Positions 28,229 to 39,694 of a DNA stretch of 64,000 bases are shown in pieces; the first letter of the stretch is position 1, and the number at the start of each line of letters is the position of its first letter. The notes under the pieces are model-generated. The model saw only the letters and a program-made list of their open reading frames with translations. It did not search any database and was not told the DNA's origin. The stretch is from a virus (lineage: Duplodnaviria > Caudoviricetes): positions 32,001 through 96,000 of IMG/VR virus record IMGVR_UViG_3300023283_000076. One strand, given 5' to 3'. The position numbers were made by a program, and so were the translations under genes.

Positions 28229-30697
28229 GTGAAGCTCAATACCAGTAACTATAAGGCTACAGGCGCAGGATTTAAAGAAGTCGCAAAATTCAAGATGGAC
28301 ATGAACGCTAAGGCGGCTCGTGTTTTGTCTGATACTCTTTACAAGGATAAAATTGGTTCTATCATCCGTGAGATTAGCTGCAATGCTTTTGATGCTCACA
28401 TTGAAGCTGGGTGCCCTGAAAAGCCTTTTAAGGTTAAGCTGCCGGATGCTTTTGATCCTACCTTTTCGGTTCGTGATTTTGGACCGGGTTTGAGCCATGA
28501 GGACGTTGAAGGTATCTATACCACGTACTTTGGTTCTACTAAGGATCAGGCTAATGATGCTGTAGGCGCATTCGGGCTTGGTTCTAAGACTCCGTTTTCA
28601 TACACTGATTCATTCATGGTAACTTCCATTCATAAGGGTGTGAAGCGTGTATATAATGCTTATCTTGAAGAAGGGTTGCCACAGATTAGTATGTTCGGCG
28701 AAGGTGTAGAAACTGATGAGCCTAATGGTCTTGAAGTAACAGTAACTATTGATCCAAAGGATTTTCATGAATTTAAAAATTCATTGGTAAAGCAGCTTCG
28801 TTTCTTTCCAGTAAAGCCGGAAGCTAGTGTAGAATGGCCGACGATTGAAAAGGTAATTGCTAAGATTGATGGATTCATGTACTTTCAGTCAAGTAATGAT
28901 ATTATGCGTGGGTTCTTTATCAAGCAGGGTCCGGTAGCATATCCAGTAGATTTTGATTTGATTCGTGATTATTACACTACCCATATTAGTAAAACCGGAA
29001 GTTCTAAGAATCTGCCATATTATACTCGAAACCCGAAAAATGAAGGTGAACGTTTTATTCAGTTTCTTGAATCGTTCAATCGTCATTCATACGGTAGGTC
29101 TAATAATCATGGTGCATATATGGATATGCCCATTGGTACAGTAGAAGTTACTGCCAGCCGTGAAGGTATCTCTTACACTCAAGAAACGATGCATAACATT
29201 TGTGTTGCATTAGATAACGTTCGGAATAAAATGTTTGATTCTATCAAGCATGAGCTTGATGATGCTTTTGCTACTTCAAAAGGTGAGTTTTATAATTTGT
29301 ATAAGGATTTGCCGGAGTTCATGGTATCGTTTCTGCCGAAGGAACGGTTCAATCAAAAGTATAGCCCGTTTTATATTGATAAGAATAATACTTTTACTTT
29401 GAAACTTCCTAGAAAGTTTAAGGAGTTGGAAGTATCTACTTACAATACCATTAATAGTACGCCTAAGAAAGAAGCGCATTATTCATGGTCTAATTCAAAC
29501 AATCCTAATGGCAATGCTGACTATGAAAACTCTCCATTTGCGCTTAATGTATTGACGCACGTTCTTGGCGGTACTTCGGTTGGAGGTACTTCGGTTTACT
29601 ACAAGGATGAAAGTTATGCATTTGCTACAAGAGCGTATAATGATGCCGATACTAGAAAAATTGTAATCATTGAATTGCCAGAGGATAAGTACGATAGCTT
29701 TATTAAGTTTTTAGATGGTGCTGTGAAAAATATTACAAAGATATCTAGCCTTCCTATGCCGTCACGTAATACTAACTCTAGTAGTCATAGTATTACTGGT
29801 GGTCAGAAACGTTCTTGGTTCTGGTTGAACAGCCAAATTTTTAATAGTAGCAGTTTAACTAACACTTTGTATAGTTATGGTTGCGATCAAGAATTTGAAG
29901 AAACCATCGAAGATTATAATGGTAAGACTCTTGTATGTTTCAATACATTCAATAATAAGATTAGAGACACTGAGTTGCCATTTGAGATTCTACATTTGAT
30001 ATTTAATTATGTTACACTTAAAAAGTCTGATGATTATGCATGTATCGGCATTGCAGAAAAAGATATGAAACGTGCATTGAAAAATAATCCAAACAATTTT
30101 GTATCTGTCAAGGATTACTTTGAAACTCATAAGAGTGAAATCATTAAGGCAGTCCGAGACGGTATTAATGAAACTATTGTTGAAGAGTATGAAAACAGAA
30201 TGCGTAGGCATTTCGACGTAAACAGAATATTTAATACTCTTATGAATATCAAGATTGATCGAAGTATTACATTGGTTGGTCTGGATGATATTTTCTTATC
30301 GAAAGATGAGTATGAAGATAAGTCAGGTAGAGCGAAGCCAAGTCTCTTAGGTTCGATGCGCCCGAATAGTTTTAGGGACGCAATGACATATTTGGGTACG
30401 CATGATGTTTTAGACCGTCAACGGGATGCGCAAAAAATCCTAAATACTCTTGCCTCAATGGAACAAGTTGAAAAGGAATTAAAGGGTTTGAATGTTCCTA
30501 TTGTTTCTATGGTCGATAACCATAAGAAAATCGTAAAAATGTTTAAGAATCCAGTTAATAGAAAGAATTTTCTAAATCTGGTTATTGAAGGTAATATTGG
30601 AAATAGTTGCAGAATCTCTGACTATTGTTTTGATCCGAATACTATTCTGGTTGATCCGGTCAAGATTGCAAAAGAAATTATTGACGAAATTGCTTGA
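28229..30697 (+). CDS. rIIA: RIIA-like protein, second copy
   Basis: Same GHKL motifs as 7278..9731. Confidence 0.9.
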   Translation: MKLNTSNYKATGAGFKEVAKFKMDMNAKAARVLSDTLYKDKIGSIIREISCNAFDAHIEAGCPEKPFKVKLPDAFDPTFSVRDFGPGLSHEDVEGIYTTYFGSTKDQANDAVGAFGLGSKTPFSYTDSFMVTSIHKGVKRVYNAYLEEGLPQISMFGEGVETDEPNGLEVTVTIDPKDFHEFKNSLVKQLRFFPVKPEASVEWPTIEKVIAKIDGFMYFQSSNDIMRGFFIKQGPVAYPVDFDLIRDYYTTHISKTGSSKNLPYYTRNPKNEGERFIQFLESFNRHSYGRSNNHGAYMDMPIGTVEVTASREGISYTQETMHNICVALDNVRNKMFDSIKHELDDAFATSKGEFYNLYKDLPEFMVSFLPKERFNQKYSPFYIDKNNTFTLKLPRKFKELEVSTYNTINSTPKKEAHYSWSNSNNPNGNADYENSPFALNVLTHVLGGTSVGGTSVYYKDESYAFATRAYNDADTRKIVIIELPEDKYDSFIKFLDGAVKNITKISSLPMPSRNTNSSSHSITGGQKRSWFWLNSQIFNSSSLTNTLYSYGCDQEFEETIEDYNGKTLVCFNTFNNKIRDTELPFEILHLIFNYVTLKKSDDYACIGIAEKDMKRALKNNPNNFVSVKDYFETHKSEIIKAVRDGINETIVEEYENRMRRHFDVNRIFNTLMNIKIDRSITLVGLDDIFLSKDEYEDKSGRAKPSLLGSMRPNSFRDAMTYLGTHDVLDRQRDAQKILNTLASMEQVEKELKGLNVPIVSMVDNHKKIVKMFKNPVNRKNFLNLVIEGNIGNSCRISDYCFDPNTILVDPVKIAKEIIDEIA

Positions 30698-30756
30698 CAA
30701 TTGATTAAACGATAGGTTATACTATATACTCGTTAAACAAATAGGAGATTTATAAA

Positions 30757-31881
<1,125 letters not shown>

Positions 31882-31900
31882 CCAAGTCTAGCAAAAAATG

Positions 31901-31959
31901 GTGGTCAGTATGTAGTGTATGCTTTTTCTATTCCTTCTGGCGTATACCATACTGACCGC
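31901..31959 (+). other. Conserved hairpin downstream of rIIB
   Basis: GGTCAGTATG/CATACTGACC stem. Confidence 0.7.
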
Positions 31960-32003
31960 TTTTAAATTGACATATTTAACAATAGGAATTATTAGATACC
32001 ATT

Positions 32004-32171
32004 ATGAACAAACTTGAACAGCGTCTTATTGAATTAACTAAACAGTTATCTAATGCACGTAGAGATAATGATGAAGAATCTATTGAAGAATTAGAAGATG
32101 AGATTGATGAATTAGAATATGAAATTGAAGAAGAATATAATCGACGTTATGAAACAGATTGGGATGATTGA
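32004..32171 (+). CDS. Small acidic coiled-coil protein; paralog of 5941..6108
   Basis: Manual translation MNKLEQRLIELTKQLSNARRDND. Confidence 0.8.
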   Translation: MNKLEQRLIELTKQLSNARRDNDEESIEELEDEIDELEYEIEEEYNRRYETDWDD

Positions 32172-32347
32172 TAATTTTGTAATGGAGAAATAAACTAAAC
32201 TGGAAACTGGGCTAGTTAAAAAGCCCCTGATATGGCTCATCAATATTAAGGTAAATTAGAAATGTGATCGGTATATTTTAGTTCGCAAATCTATAAATAG
32301 AGCTATGTGCTGGTAGAGGTTGGAAAAGACATAAATGAAAAACTTAC

Positions 32348-32421
32348 GCCGGTATAGTTAAATGGTATAACGAGGGATTTGTAACCCCTAATTTGCAGTT
32401 CGATTCTGTGTACCGGCACCA
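32348..32421 (+). tRNA. tRNA-Thr(UGU)
   Basis: GCCGGTA/TACCGGC acceptor, loop TTTGTAA, TTCGATT, CCA. Confidence 0.85.
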
Positions 32422-32430
32422 GATTACAAA

Positions 32431-32504
32431 GTCTCCTTGGTGAAATGGAATCACGGCATCCTTACAAGTTGCAGTAGGCGGATCGTAACCGTCAGGAGAC
32501 ACCA
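32431..32504 (+). tRNA. tRNA-Val(UAC)
   Basis: Near-identical to 5595-5668. Confidence 0.8.
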
Positions 32505-32550
32505 GCTATCATTTGACACTCTCTTAAAATTGTGATATAATTAATTCATA

Positions 32551-33009
32551 ATGAATAGGAAAAAGTTAAAAATGAAAAACCCCAAAACTATGCAAGAATA
32601 TTTTAAACAGTCGTCCTTTACTGATGCCGAATTAAATTATATATACAATTTCATGGATACTCTTCAGAGAATGGTCAAAAGTCTAGGTATCGAATACAAT
32701 GCAGTCTGGAGAACCATTTTTTCTGATATGCGACTGTTTGAAGAAATGATGTTTAAGCGTTTCAATATGATTTCGAATTATAGTAATTCAATTGAAGATA
32801 GCCCTGAAGGGGTTGATAGTTTTTCAGTACCTTTTATTTTCAATGTAAATGTAAACGATAATACTATGCCTGATCACGTTCGTAATGAACTGTTCAGATA
32901 CATATGGAATTTGACTGATGAAGAAATAGCTACAAAAATTTCTATTCCTGAAACAGAAGAAGATGAACCGGATGAAGATATTTTGAATGTTTTCCAAGAC
33001 AATTTATAA
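32551..33009 (+). CDS. Hypothetical protein (intact copy of 5104..5568)
   Basis: ORF track; paralog. Confidence 0.8.
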   Translation: MNRKKLKMKNPKTMQEYFKQSSFTDAELNYIYNFMDTLQRMVKSLGIEYNAVWRTIFSDMRLFEEMMFKRFNMISNYSNSIEDSPEGVDSFSVPFIFNVNVNDNTMPDHVRNELFRYIWNLTDEEIATKISIPETEEDEPDEDILNVFQDNL

Positions 33010-33059
33010 ATTATGTGGTCATGATAGCATGGCTATGATCAGAACATACATATTGGAAC

Positions 33060-33578
33060 ATGGATAAAAAATTAATTTCATCTCTTAATATGCCTTCTAA
33101 ACATCTTAAGGCACTTCGAGATTGGCAAGCTACGAAAGTTAATACTTTTGAAGGTAAATGGTTCACAAAAGAACGTAAGATAAAAATTCCAACTGCCCTA
33201 GATATTATTAACAGATTAGAAAACCATTGGAATATATATGTTTCACCAATATTTCCAGAATATAAATGGCATAATTTTGGAGAAGCATGGCCGGTGAGTT
33301 ACAGATGTGTTGCAATAAATGTATCAGCAAAAGAATTATTCGCGTCGACCGTTATTCATGAAGTAAGTCATGGAATTGTGGAATGTGCAAAAACTTTTCA
33401 TAAAAATGGAAGAAAATTAAAAGATCCCGGCCATGGTGCTATATGGTGTGGGGTATATGCATATAATACAATGTTAATTACAAATAAAGATATCACAGGT
33501 CCTTTGGCCCTACATAATATTAAGCAGGTTAATCAAGATGACATATTAAAATTTCGAGACTATTTCAAAAATACCTGA
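33060..33578 (+). CDS. Putative HExxH zinc-dependent protein; paralog of 4405..4923
   Basis: VIHEVSHG...DPGHG..W. Confidence 0.7.
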   Translation: MDKKLISSLNMPSKHLKALRDWQATKVNTFEGKWFTKERKIKIPTALDIINRLENHWNIYVSPIFPEYKWHNFGEAWPVSYRCVAINVSAKELFASTVIHEVSHGIVECAKTFHKNGRKLKDPGHGAIWCGVYAYNTMLITNKDITGPLALHNIKQVNQDDILKFRDYFKNT

Positions 33579-33618
33579 AGTATGATACACTACCTAAACA
33601 CACAAAGGGATATTAGAT

Positions 33619-33876
33619 ATGAAACAAAATACAGATTATTCACCGACCACCAGAGTAACCCAGTTAGGAAAATTGGGTACTCTTACAACTACTATTAGAA
33701 ATTATAATGATGGAACATCTGAACTCCATCAGACACTTACCTTTCTAGATCAAAATCAAAATGTGCACGAAGTTGTATCTTCGACAGGCGACTTGATTTT
33801 TGGAAGTTTGAAAGATCTAAAAGAAGTAGAGGAGTTAACCGGGTGGATCTCTGGAAATTCAATTAGAGATGCTTGA
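33619..33876 (+). CDS. Hypothetical protein; paralog of 4106..4366
   Basis: ORF track; paralog. Confidence 0.8.
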   Translation: MKQNTDYSPTTRVTQLGKLGTLTTTIRNYNDGTSELHQTLTFLDQNQNVHEVVSSTGDLIFGSLKDLKEVEELTGWISGNSIRDA

Positions 33877-33935
33877 CATTTATAATTTTATTTGATATTA
33901 TTAATGAAACATAAATCATAAGGATGTAAGAATTC

Positions 33936-34211
33936 ATGGATATTTATGGCATTATCCTAAGTATGGACCCGATGGAAAGATATATGTATGGGGTATCTGG
34001 GTTAGTATTTTTGATTCCGGGTGTAATTCCTTTTTTGCTTGCCAAGGTTCCTGATTTTGTATTTGATCGTTTGTTCTTCTTGTCACCGTTTTTAATCATA
34101 TATGTTCCAGTGTGTGTGTTTGTTATTGCCATTGGAGTTATATGTGGTATTATTTCTGGGATTGCTTTTACTTTTACTGGCATGAATATTATTCTTAACC
34201 TTAGCGGATGA
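33936..34211 (+). CDS. Small membrane protein
   Basis: Hydrophobic; syntenic with 3812..4087. Confidence 0.65.
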   Translation: MDIYGIILSMDPMERYMYGVSGLVFLIPGVIPFLLAKVPDFVFDRLFFLSPFLIIYVPVCVFVIAIGVICGIISGIAFTFTGMNIILNLSG

Positions 34212-34819
34212 TTACTCTACTTGGAAAAATTCCCGAAAAGATTGGAATTGCAGTATCTGGCGGAATTGATTCTATGGTTGCTTTGGACTTCATTCAAAGA
34301 AGTTATCGAGATATCACGGTTGTTCATATTAACCATGGTACAGATCATGCTCCCGATGCTCTAGAGTTCGTTAAAGAGCAATCTGAACGTAGAAAACTGA
34401 AGTTTTGGACAAATAAGGAAGATCAATATAAATTCAGCGTGGCTAATAATAAAGAAGAAGCATGGAGAAATTTAAGGTATTCTCACTTTGAAAAATTTGA
34501 TATTCCTATTGTTACTGCCCATCATTTGGACGATTGTCTTGAGACATGGTTATTTTCTACATTCAATGGAAAACCCAAAACAATTCCATATAAACGGGGA
34601 AATGTAATTCGACCATTTTTGTTAACTAAAAGACAATCAATTGTTAACTATGCTAGCAAACATGGTGTAGAATACATTAATGATCCATCGAATAATGATT
34701 GTAATTATATGCGTAATCAGATTCGACATAAAATTGTTCCAGAAGTATTGAAAGTTAACCCGGGTATTCATAAAATTGTGCATCGTATAATAAAGGATAG
34801 ATATGACAGAACTATATAA
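34208..34819 (+). CDS. tilS: tRNA(Ile)-lysidine synthetase, second copy
   Basis: SGGIDS, HINHG, TAHHLDD, RPFL, RNQIRH. Confidence 0.9.
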   Translation: MITLLGKIPEKIGIAVSGGIDSMVALDFIQRSYRDITVVHINHGTDHAPDALEFVKEQSERRKLKFWTNKEDQYKFSVANNKEEAWRNLRYSHFEKFDIPIVTAHHLDDCLETWLFSTFNGKPKTIPYKRGNVIRPFLLTKRQSIVNYASKHGVEYINDPSNNDCNYMRNQIRHKIVPEVLKVNPGIHKIVHRIIKDRYDRTI

Positions 34820-35078
34820 TATCTTTCAAATTGTTATTGTATTAGTGGTTGGATATGTTATTGTATCTGCAGCGATAGCCTTTGAAAAAACAGTTTCTGA
34901 TCGTATACTAGCATTAATATATTTTTTATCAATGTTGGCAGGAATAGGACTTGCTCTAAAATTTTATTTAGAAAACAATCCTATGTTTTATTTGGCATTT
35001 TTTTTGATATTAATAATGTTTTATAATTTATATAAACTTATAATTGAAGCTATTGTTAAAAACTTTAGTGACAATTAA
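34803..35078 (+). CDS. Small membrane protein; paralog of 2945..3220
   Basis: Hydrophobic ORF. Confidence 0.7.
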   Translation: MTELYNIFQIVIVLVVGYVIVSAAIAFEKTVSDRILALIYFLSMLAGIGLALKFYLENNPMFYLAFFLILIMFYNLYKLIIEAIVKNFSDN

Positions 35079-35129
35079 GCTTGACTTCAGCATAGTTTTT
35101 TGATAGTATAATTAATACATTAAACAGGA

Positions 35130-35519
35130 GTGAAACAAATGAATGACAAAACAAACCCGAATCTAGTAACTCGTAATGGTCAACGAATCCATGTGATTCA
35201 TGATCGTGATAACCGTGCTAGTTATGGATATGTTCTACAACCGTCTGAAGATGGTCAAAATGTTCATGTTCGAGTAGCACGGTCTGTTTGTTCTAAGCAA
35301 GATAGCTTCAACAAGAAAGTTGCTATTCGTGTAGTAAAGAACCGTCTTGATTCTGGTCCTAAAGGTTCCAATCAGCATCGTATGTTTGATTCTACGATTG
35401 CGGTTCCAGTACCATCTAATTCTAATGAATGGCGTGAGCTAGACCAGACTATTGTTAGCCTTGCTAATTTGAAGCTTACTGAACCTGAAAAGATTCGCCG
35501 TTGGCATTCCAGTGAATGA
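35130..35519 (+). CDS. Hypothetical protein; paralog of 2349..2750
   Basis: ORF track; paralog. Confidence 0.8.
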   Translation: MKQMNDKTNPNLVTRNGQRIHVIHDRDNRASYGYVLQPSEDGQNVHVRVARSVCSKQDSFNKKVAIRVVKNRLDSGPKGSNQHRMFDSTIAVPVPSNSNEWRELDQTIVSLANLKLTEPEKIRRWHSSE

Positions 35520-35976
35520 AGAAATAAAACCATGTCCATTCTGCGGTAAATCCGTAGATATGGACGACGGCGACACATTATATCCAATTGGAGTATATTG
35601 GAGAGAAAGTGAATATGTTCCGGATGAAAGACATTATGTAGGGCACAAAGAACACAACCCTGAAACGGATCATCCATGTTACGGCATGCATTGTCCAGAG
35701 TCATCAGGGGGATGTGGAGCCCAAATTACTGGAGACTCATTAGAAGAAACTATTGACAATTGGAACACCAGAGTATATACTTTAAACATGTCTCAAAACA
35801 ATGAAAATTCTACAAAGGTAACACTTCAAAATAAGTATGGCACGTATACTGTTGAAGTTCCTAATAGTGACTTGACTATTAATGAAATGATGTCGCAGGT
35901 TATAGCTCCAGTATTAAAGGCTGCAACATATCCATCACAACTCGTAAACCAATACATAAACCCAGATATTAAATAG
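35512..35976 (+). CDS. Lar-like restriction-alleviation zinc-finger protein
   Basis: IKPCPFCG...C....GGCGA.....EE.I..WNTR. Confidence 0.65.
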   Translation: MNEEIKPCPFCGKSVDMDDGDTLYPIGVYWRESEYVPDERHYVGHKEHNPETDHPCYGMHCPESSGGCGAQITGDSLEETIDNWNTRVYTLNMSQNNENSTKVTLQNKYGTYTVEVPNSDLTINEMMSQVIAPVLKAATYPSQLVNQYINPDIK

Positions 35977-35987
35977 GAGATAATCTC

Positions 35988-36395
35988 ATGGGTACACGAA
36001 GCGTAACAAAATTTCAAGAAGATGGTGAAACCCTAGTAGCAATATACAGGCAGTATGATGGATACCCGGAAGTTGTTGGTAAAGAAATTTTTAATTTTTT
36101 GAATAGTATTACTATGGTAAATGGTATTCCTTGTACTGGTAAAGATGGAGTACGATATGCTAATGGTGTTGGATGTCTAGCTGCACAATTCATCGCAGAT
36201 AATAAGTATGATGTTGGCGGATTGTATATAACTACTCCAGATAATACACAAAAATTTAATTACACCATTAATTATCCTATTAAAGGTATGGGATATGATG
36301 ATCCTATTATTACAGTTGATGGGGAATATGGAGATTTGTTTTTCTCTGGTTCATTAGAAGAGTTTAAGGAATTTATTGAAAATTTCCAAGATTAA
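35988..36395 (+). CDS. Conserved phage hypothetical protein; paralog of 1942..2367
   Basis: ORF track; paralog. Confidence 0.85.
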   Translation: MGTRSVTKFQEDGETLVAIYRQYDGYPEVVGKEIFNFLNSITMVNGIPCTGKDGVRYANGVGCLAAQFIADNKYDVGGLYITTPDNTQKFNYTINYPIKGMGYDDPIITVDGEYGDLFFSGSLEEFKEFIENFQD

Positions 36396-36404
36396 AAGTT
36401 TTTT

Positions 36405-36896
36405 ATGAATATATTCGACTTTAATGTTGGAGATTATGTAGTACTCGATTGTCCGAGTTATGACGGATTTGATCCTACAGATTTATATATGGTAAAAAAT
36501 GTTGAAAAATCTAGAATCATGATAGATAATTTAATTCGTGGGTTTCAATGGATAGGAGAAAATGGCCCGAAAGAATTGTCTCGCTGGCCTGAAGGTACAC
36601 AATTCAGAAAAGCATATAATCTAGAAATTGTGTTAGGGTTGATATACCATAGTAACGAACGTATATGTTTTTTTGATCATAAAATACCAGAACCTACGGC
36701 GAGTGATAAAGCAGTAGGTTTACTACTAGGTAAGTATATCGATGATGTGAAGAATTTTCCTTTGGATGATTATTTTCACAAAGCTTTTAGACAAATTGAT
36801 GTGATAAGAGAAAGTAGAATGGATGATATTGTTCATACTCTTTTGAATGATGCACCGTTGTTTTGGTATTATTTTGATAAATTCAAAGATGAATAA
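36405..36896 (+). CDS. Hypothetical protein, right arm only
   Basis: ORF track. Confidence 0.7.
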   Translation: MNIFDFNVGDYVVLDCPSYDGFDPTDLYMVKNVEKSRIMIDNLIRGFQWIGENGPKELSRWPEGTQFRKAYNLEIVLGLIYHSNERICFFDHKIPEPTASDKAVGLLLGKYIDDVKNFPLDDYFHKAFRQIDVIRESRMDDIVHTLLNDAPLFWYYFDKFKDE

Positions 36897-36955
36897 AATG
36901 AATGATTTAATTGAAGCATCAATTTACGTAGGAGAAATTTAAAATAAATACAATT

Positions 36956-37708
36956 TTGAAATCATTTGATAGTTACTATATTCAGGCGTTTGAAGATGGG
37001 TCATGGAATGAAGTTTATGACCCGCATGTAGCAACTGTTTTCATATCAGAAAAAGCGGCAGAGGATTTTGCAAACAACAAAACCGATTTTAGTGAATATA
37101 TTACACTAATTAGTGGTTCTGATAATATTTTTGCAGAATACAATATTTTTGATGAATGGGTAGCTAATGGAATGATTCGTCGTCATTTTGAAGCTATGAA
37201 TCCTACATATAATGTCATGTATGATCCTGAAAAGCATGATTGCATGGATGTTCTGAAATGGAATTATCAGTTTGCTATCAAGGGCGATGATATGATGATT
37301 CATCAAGAAGTTTATAATTCATGGTGTAGTAGAATATGGGACCATTTCAATTTTATAAATGACTTCAACTCATATTGTTCAGGAGATTATACAGAAAAAT
37401 TTGTGAGCTTCGAAATCAAGGTTGATAGGAACGCAAAACTCGAAGACTTCAAAAAAGAATTAGATTTGGTTCTTGACAATTTTGAATTCAATTATGTAGA
37501 TAAAGATGGTGGGTTGATTATCAGTATCTTTGAACATGATCTTTGTGAAACTCGTTCTATGGTTCTCATTATGAATGATCGTGAAAACGATGAATGGAGT
37601 ATTGAAAACGAAAGATGTGGCTCTGCTTCACCTGTAATAAATCGAGAATCATTAGAAAAATGTTTCAAAAAAATTCGGAAAAAATATTGGTATTATAGTT
37701 ATTCATAG
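36956..37708 (+). CDS. Hypothetical protein, right arm only
   Basis: 250-aa ORF. Confidence 0.75.
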   Translation: MKSFDSYYIQAFEDGSWNEVYDPHVATVFISEKAAEDFANNKTDFSEYITLISGSDNIFAEYNIFDEWVANGMIRRHFEAMNPTYNVMYDPEKHDCMDVLKWNYQFAIKGDDMMIHQEVYNSWCSRIWDHFNFINDFNSYCSGDYTEKFVSFEIKVDRNAKLEDFKKELDLVLDNFEFNYVDKDGGLIISIFEHDLCETRSMVLIMNDRENDEWSIENERCGSASPVINRESLEKCFKKIRKKYWYYSYS

Positions 37709-37728
37709 TAGATTGGAGAAATATAATC

Positions 37729-37911
37729 ATGAAAACATTTAACAGTATATCATTTCCTGCTTTTATTTTTTTTGCAGTTATGTGTGTTATTCCATGGGGA
37801 TTTATGGTACACTCTTATGGAGTACTATATCAACTCGGTGGGGTAATTGTTCAACTAGTAGGATTGATTGGGTTGATTGGGTTAATTAAAATGTTTAACA
37901 AAAAGGATTGA
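37729..37911 (+). CDS. Small two-TM protein
   Basis: RBS GGAG; hydrophobic. Confidence 0.65.
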   Translation: MKTFNSISFPAFIFFAVMCVIPWGFMVHSYGVLYQLGGVIVQLVGLIGLIGLIKMFNKKD

Positions 37912-37991
37912 AAAAGTATACCACTATTAATTAAAATAAAAATCAAGAATAATATCTTGACAAAGTTTCTAAATAGTGTATAATGTTTTAT

Positions 37992-38065
37992 GTTGAATAA
38001 CAAACGAGACCTGACATGATCTTTCAGGCTCTGGACACTTTCGGGAAGGGAGTTGTTGTTCAACA
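37992..38065 (+). ncRNA. Candidate stem-closed small RNA upstream of the CAU tRNA
   Basis: 12-bp GTTGAATAACAA/TTGTTGTTCAAC stem right after a TTGACA..TATAAT promoter. Confidence 0.45.
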
Positions 38066-38108
38066 ATTTTAAAGTGCATAAGCAAGGTGTTACGAACACG
38101 ATTTTTAA

Positions 38109-38185
38109 GGGTCCATAACTCAATTGGTTAGAGTAAACCACTCATAATGGTTAAGTTGCAGGTTCGAGTCCTGCTGGACCCACCA
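38109..38185 (+). tRNA. tRNA-Ile2(CAU), probable TilS substrate
   Basis: GGGTCCA/TGGACCC, AACCA-CTCATAA-TGGTT; C29:G41 and C5:G68 fit TilS determinants. Confidence 0.88.
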
Positions 38186-38322
38186 ATTAAAGGCACTAGT
38201 TCAATTTAATAATACTCAATGTATATAAGGTGACAGACCTTAAAGTATTTATTAATATAAACATGTAGGCAATTTCTCTTACTTTATCTTAAACTTTTTT
38301 AATAACATAAGGAGTTATTGAA

Positions 38323-38604
38323 ATGAATTTCGCAAATTTTAAAGATGCAAAGCATCCTAGTGCCAAAATGCGTAATGACGCGGTGGTGCATAAAGTGAAG
38401 GATTATGGATTTTCCGAAATCGGGGAAGAAAGAAGTTTTGGGATGTCATGTGCCATGGAAGTATTTCGTCTGTCGGAAAATTTCCTTCATCGTCAATATT
38501 ATCATCGTGATTGTGCTATCGAAGCATTGGAATCTGGTGATACTAATACTGCTCTAGAGCATTTGAAGAGTATTGGCGATAGTGGCCATGGAATAACAAT
38601 TTAG
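38323..38604 (+). CDS. Hypothetical protein
   Basis: RBS AAGGAG; ORF track. Confidence 0.75.
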   Translation: MNFANFKDAKHPSAKMRNDAVVHKVKDYGFSEIGEERSFGMSCAMEVFRLSENFLHRQYYHRDCAIEALESGDTNTALEHLKSIGDSGHGITI

Positions 38605-38612
38605 GAGTAAAA

Positions 38613-38738
38613 ATGCTAAGTCATATTTTCAAATTCCCATATAACGAAAAAGAGTTACGTCAAATAACCCTTGAATCTATGGAAAATGACATAACATCCT
38701 TTATTAATGATATTATGTATGCTTTGTTATTAAATTAA
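38613..38738 (+). pseudogene. 3'-truncated copy of 686..1108
   Basis: MLSHIFKFPYNEKELRQITLESMENDITSFINDIMYA then stop. Confidence 0.7.
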
Positions 38739-38799
38739 TTATTGACATTTACAATTCTCTGTGATATATTAGAAACTACACGCTAATTAGGATTTCTCT

Positions 38800-39078
38800 A
38801 TGAGATTTCTAAAGAATAAGAAACGTACCATCGAAGTATGGTTTTGGCATGGTGCGGTAAAGTTAAATAGGGCGCTAGTGCTCGAAATTCTTGCCTCTGA
38901 ATTACATAAATTGGAGTTGATGTATGAAGGGCCAGAACGTGACCAGAATGTACTAGGTATTCGATATTATGGGACAGTAGATGATTTTATAAATGCTCTT
39001 CCTAATCGTCCTGTAATGAAACTAAGCGATCCGGATATCATTTATACAACTCAATTTAGAAATTTCTCTCAAAGGTGA
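38800..39078 (+). CDS. Hypothetical protein
   Basis: Own promoter upstream; ORF track. Confidence 0.65.
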   Translation: MRFLKNKKRTIEVWFWHGAVKLNRALVLEILASELHKLELMYEGPERDQNVLGIRYYGTVDDFINALPNRPVMKLSDPDIIYTTQFRNFSQR

Positions 39079-39081
39079 ATA

Positions 39082-39660
39082 ATGGAATTTAAATTTATGC
39101 CAAACATACATAATATAGTTTATAACGCAATCCGTACCCCTGACGGGACCGTTCTTGAGTCTCGTCACCGTCATGATTATGTAGAATATACTGACGAAAA
39201 TGGTTATGAGTATATGGTGGACGGTGGTTTAGAGTATCTTCGTAGGGGATGGACACCTGATGCCCCTGATTATAAAGAATTGTCATTAGGTATTGATGAT
39301 CCTCATGGGAAAGTTCGTGAACATGCTAAATGGGGAACATATGGACCTAATGGAGATCAACCATTAAAATTTGTGACTATTAAAGAAATGTCAACAGATC
39401 ATATTAACGCATGTTTGGAAAATGTTCCTAGTATGTCTGATAAGATTCGTACTGTCATGGAAAATGAATTGACCATGAGAGAGCTTCCGCCAGTACCTAA
39501 AGGTATGATATACTTGGGTATGTCTGGTGATTTCAATCCTGTCCACGTCGATATTCGTGCATGTTTTTTGAAAGGTGATGAAGATTGGATGACATGGGAA
39601 AAAGATGTATTAGATGGTGATGGTTTTTCTTTACATTATGCCGGATATATTTCGAATTAA
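39082..39660 (+). CDS. Conserved phage hypothetical protein
   Basis: NAIRTPDGTVLESRHRHDY...VDGG.EYLRR; paralog at 1..323. Confidence 0.85.
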   Translation: MEFKFMPNIHNIVYNAIRTPDGTVLESRHRHDYVEYTDENGYEYMVDGGLEYLRRGWTPDAPDYKELSLGIDDPHGKVREHAKWGTYGPNGDQPLKFVTIKEMSTDHINACLENVPSMSDKIRTVMENELTMRELPPVPKGMIYLGMSGDFNPVHVDIRACFLKGDEDWMTWEKDVLDGDGFSLHYAGYISN

Positions 39661-39694
39661 TTTAATTAAAAAGAAAACGAATAGAGTATAGAAA

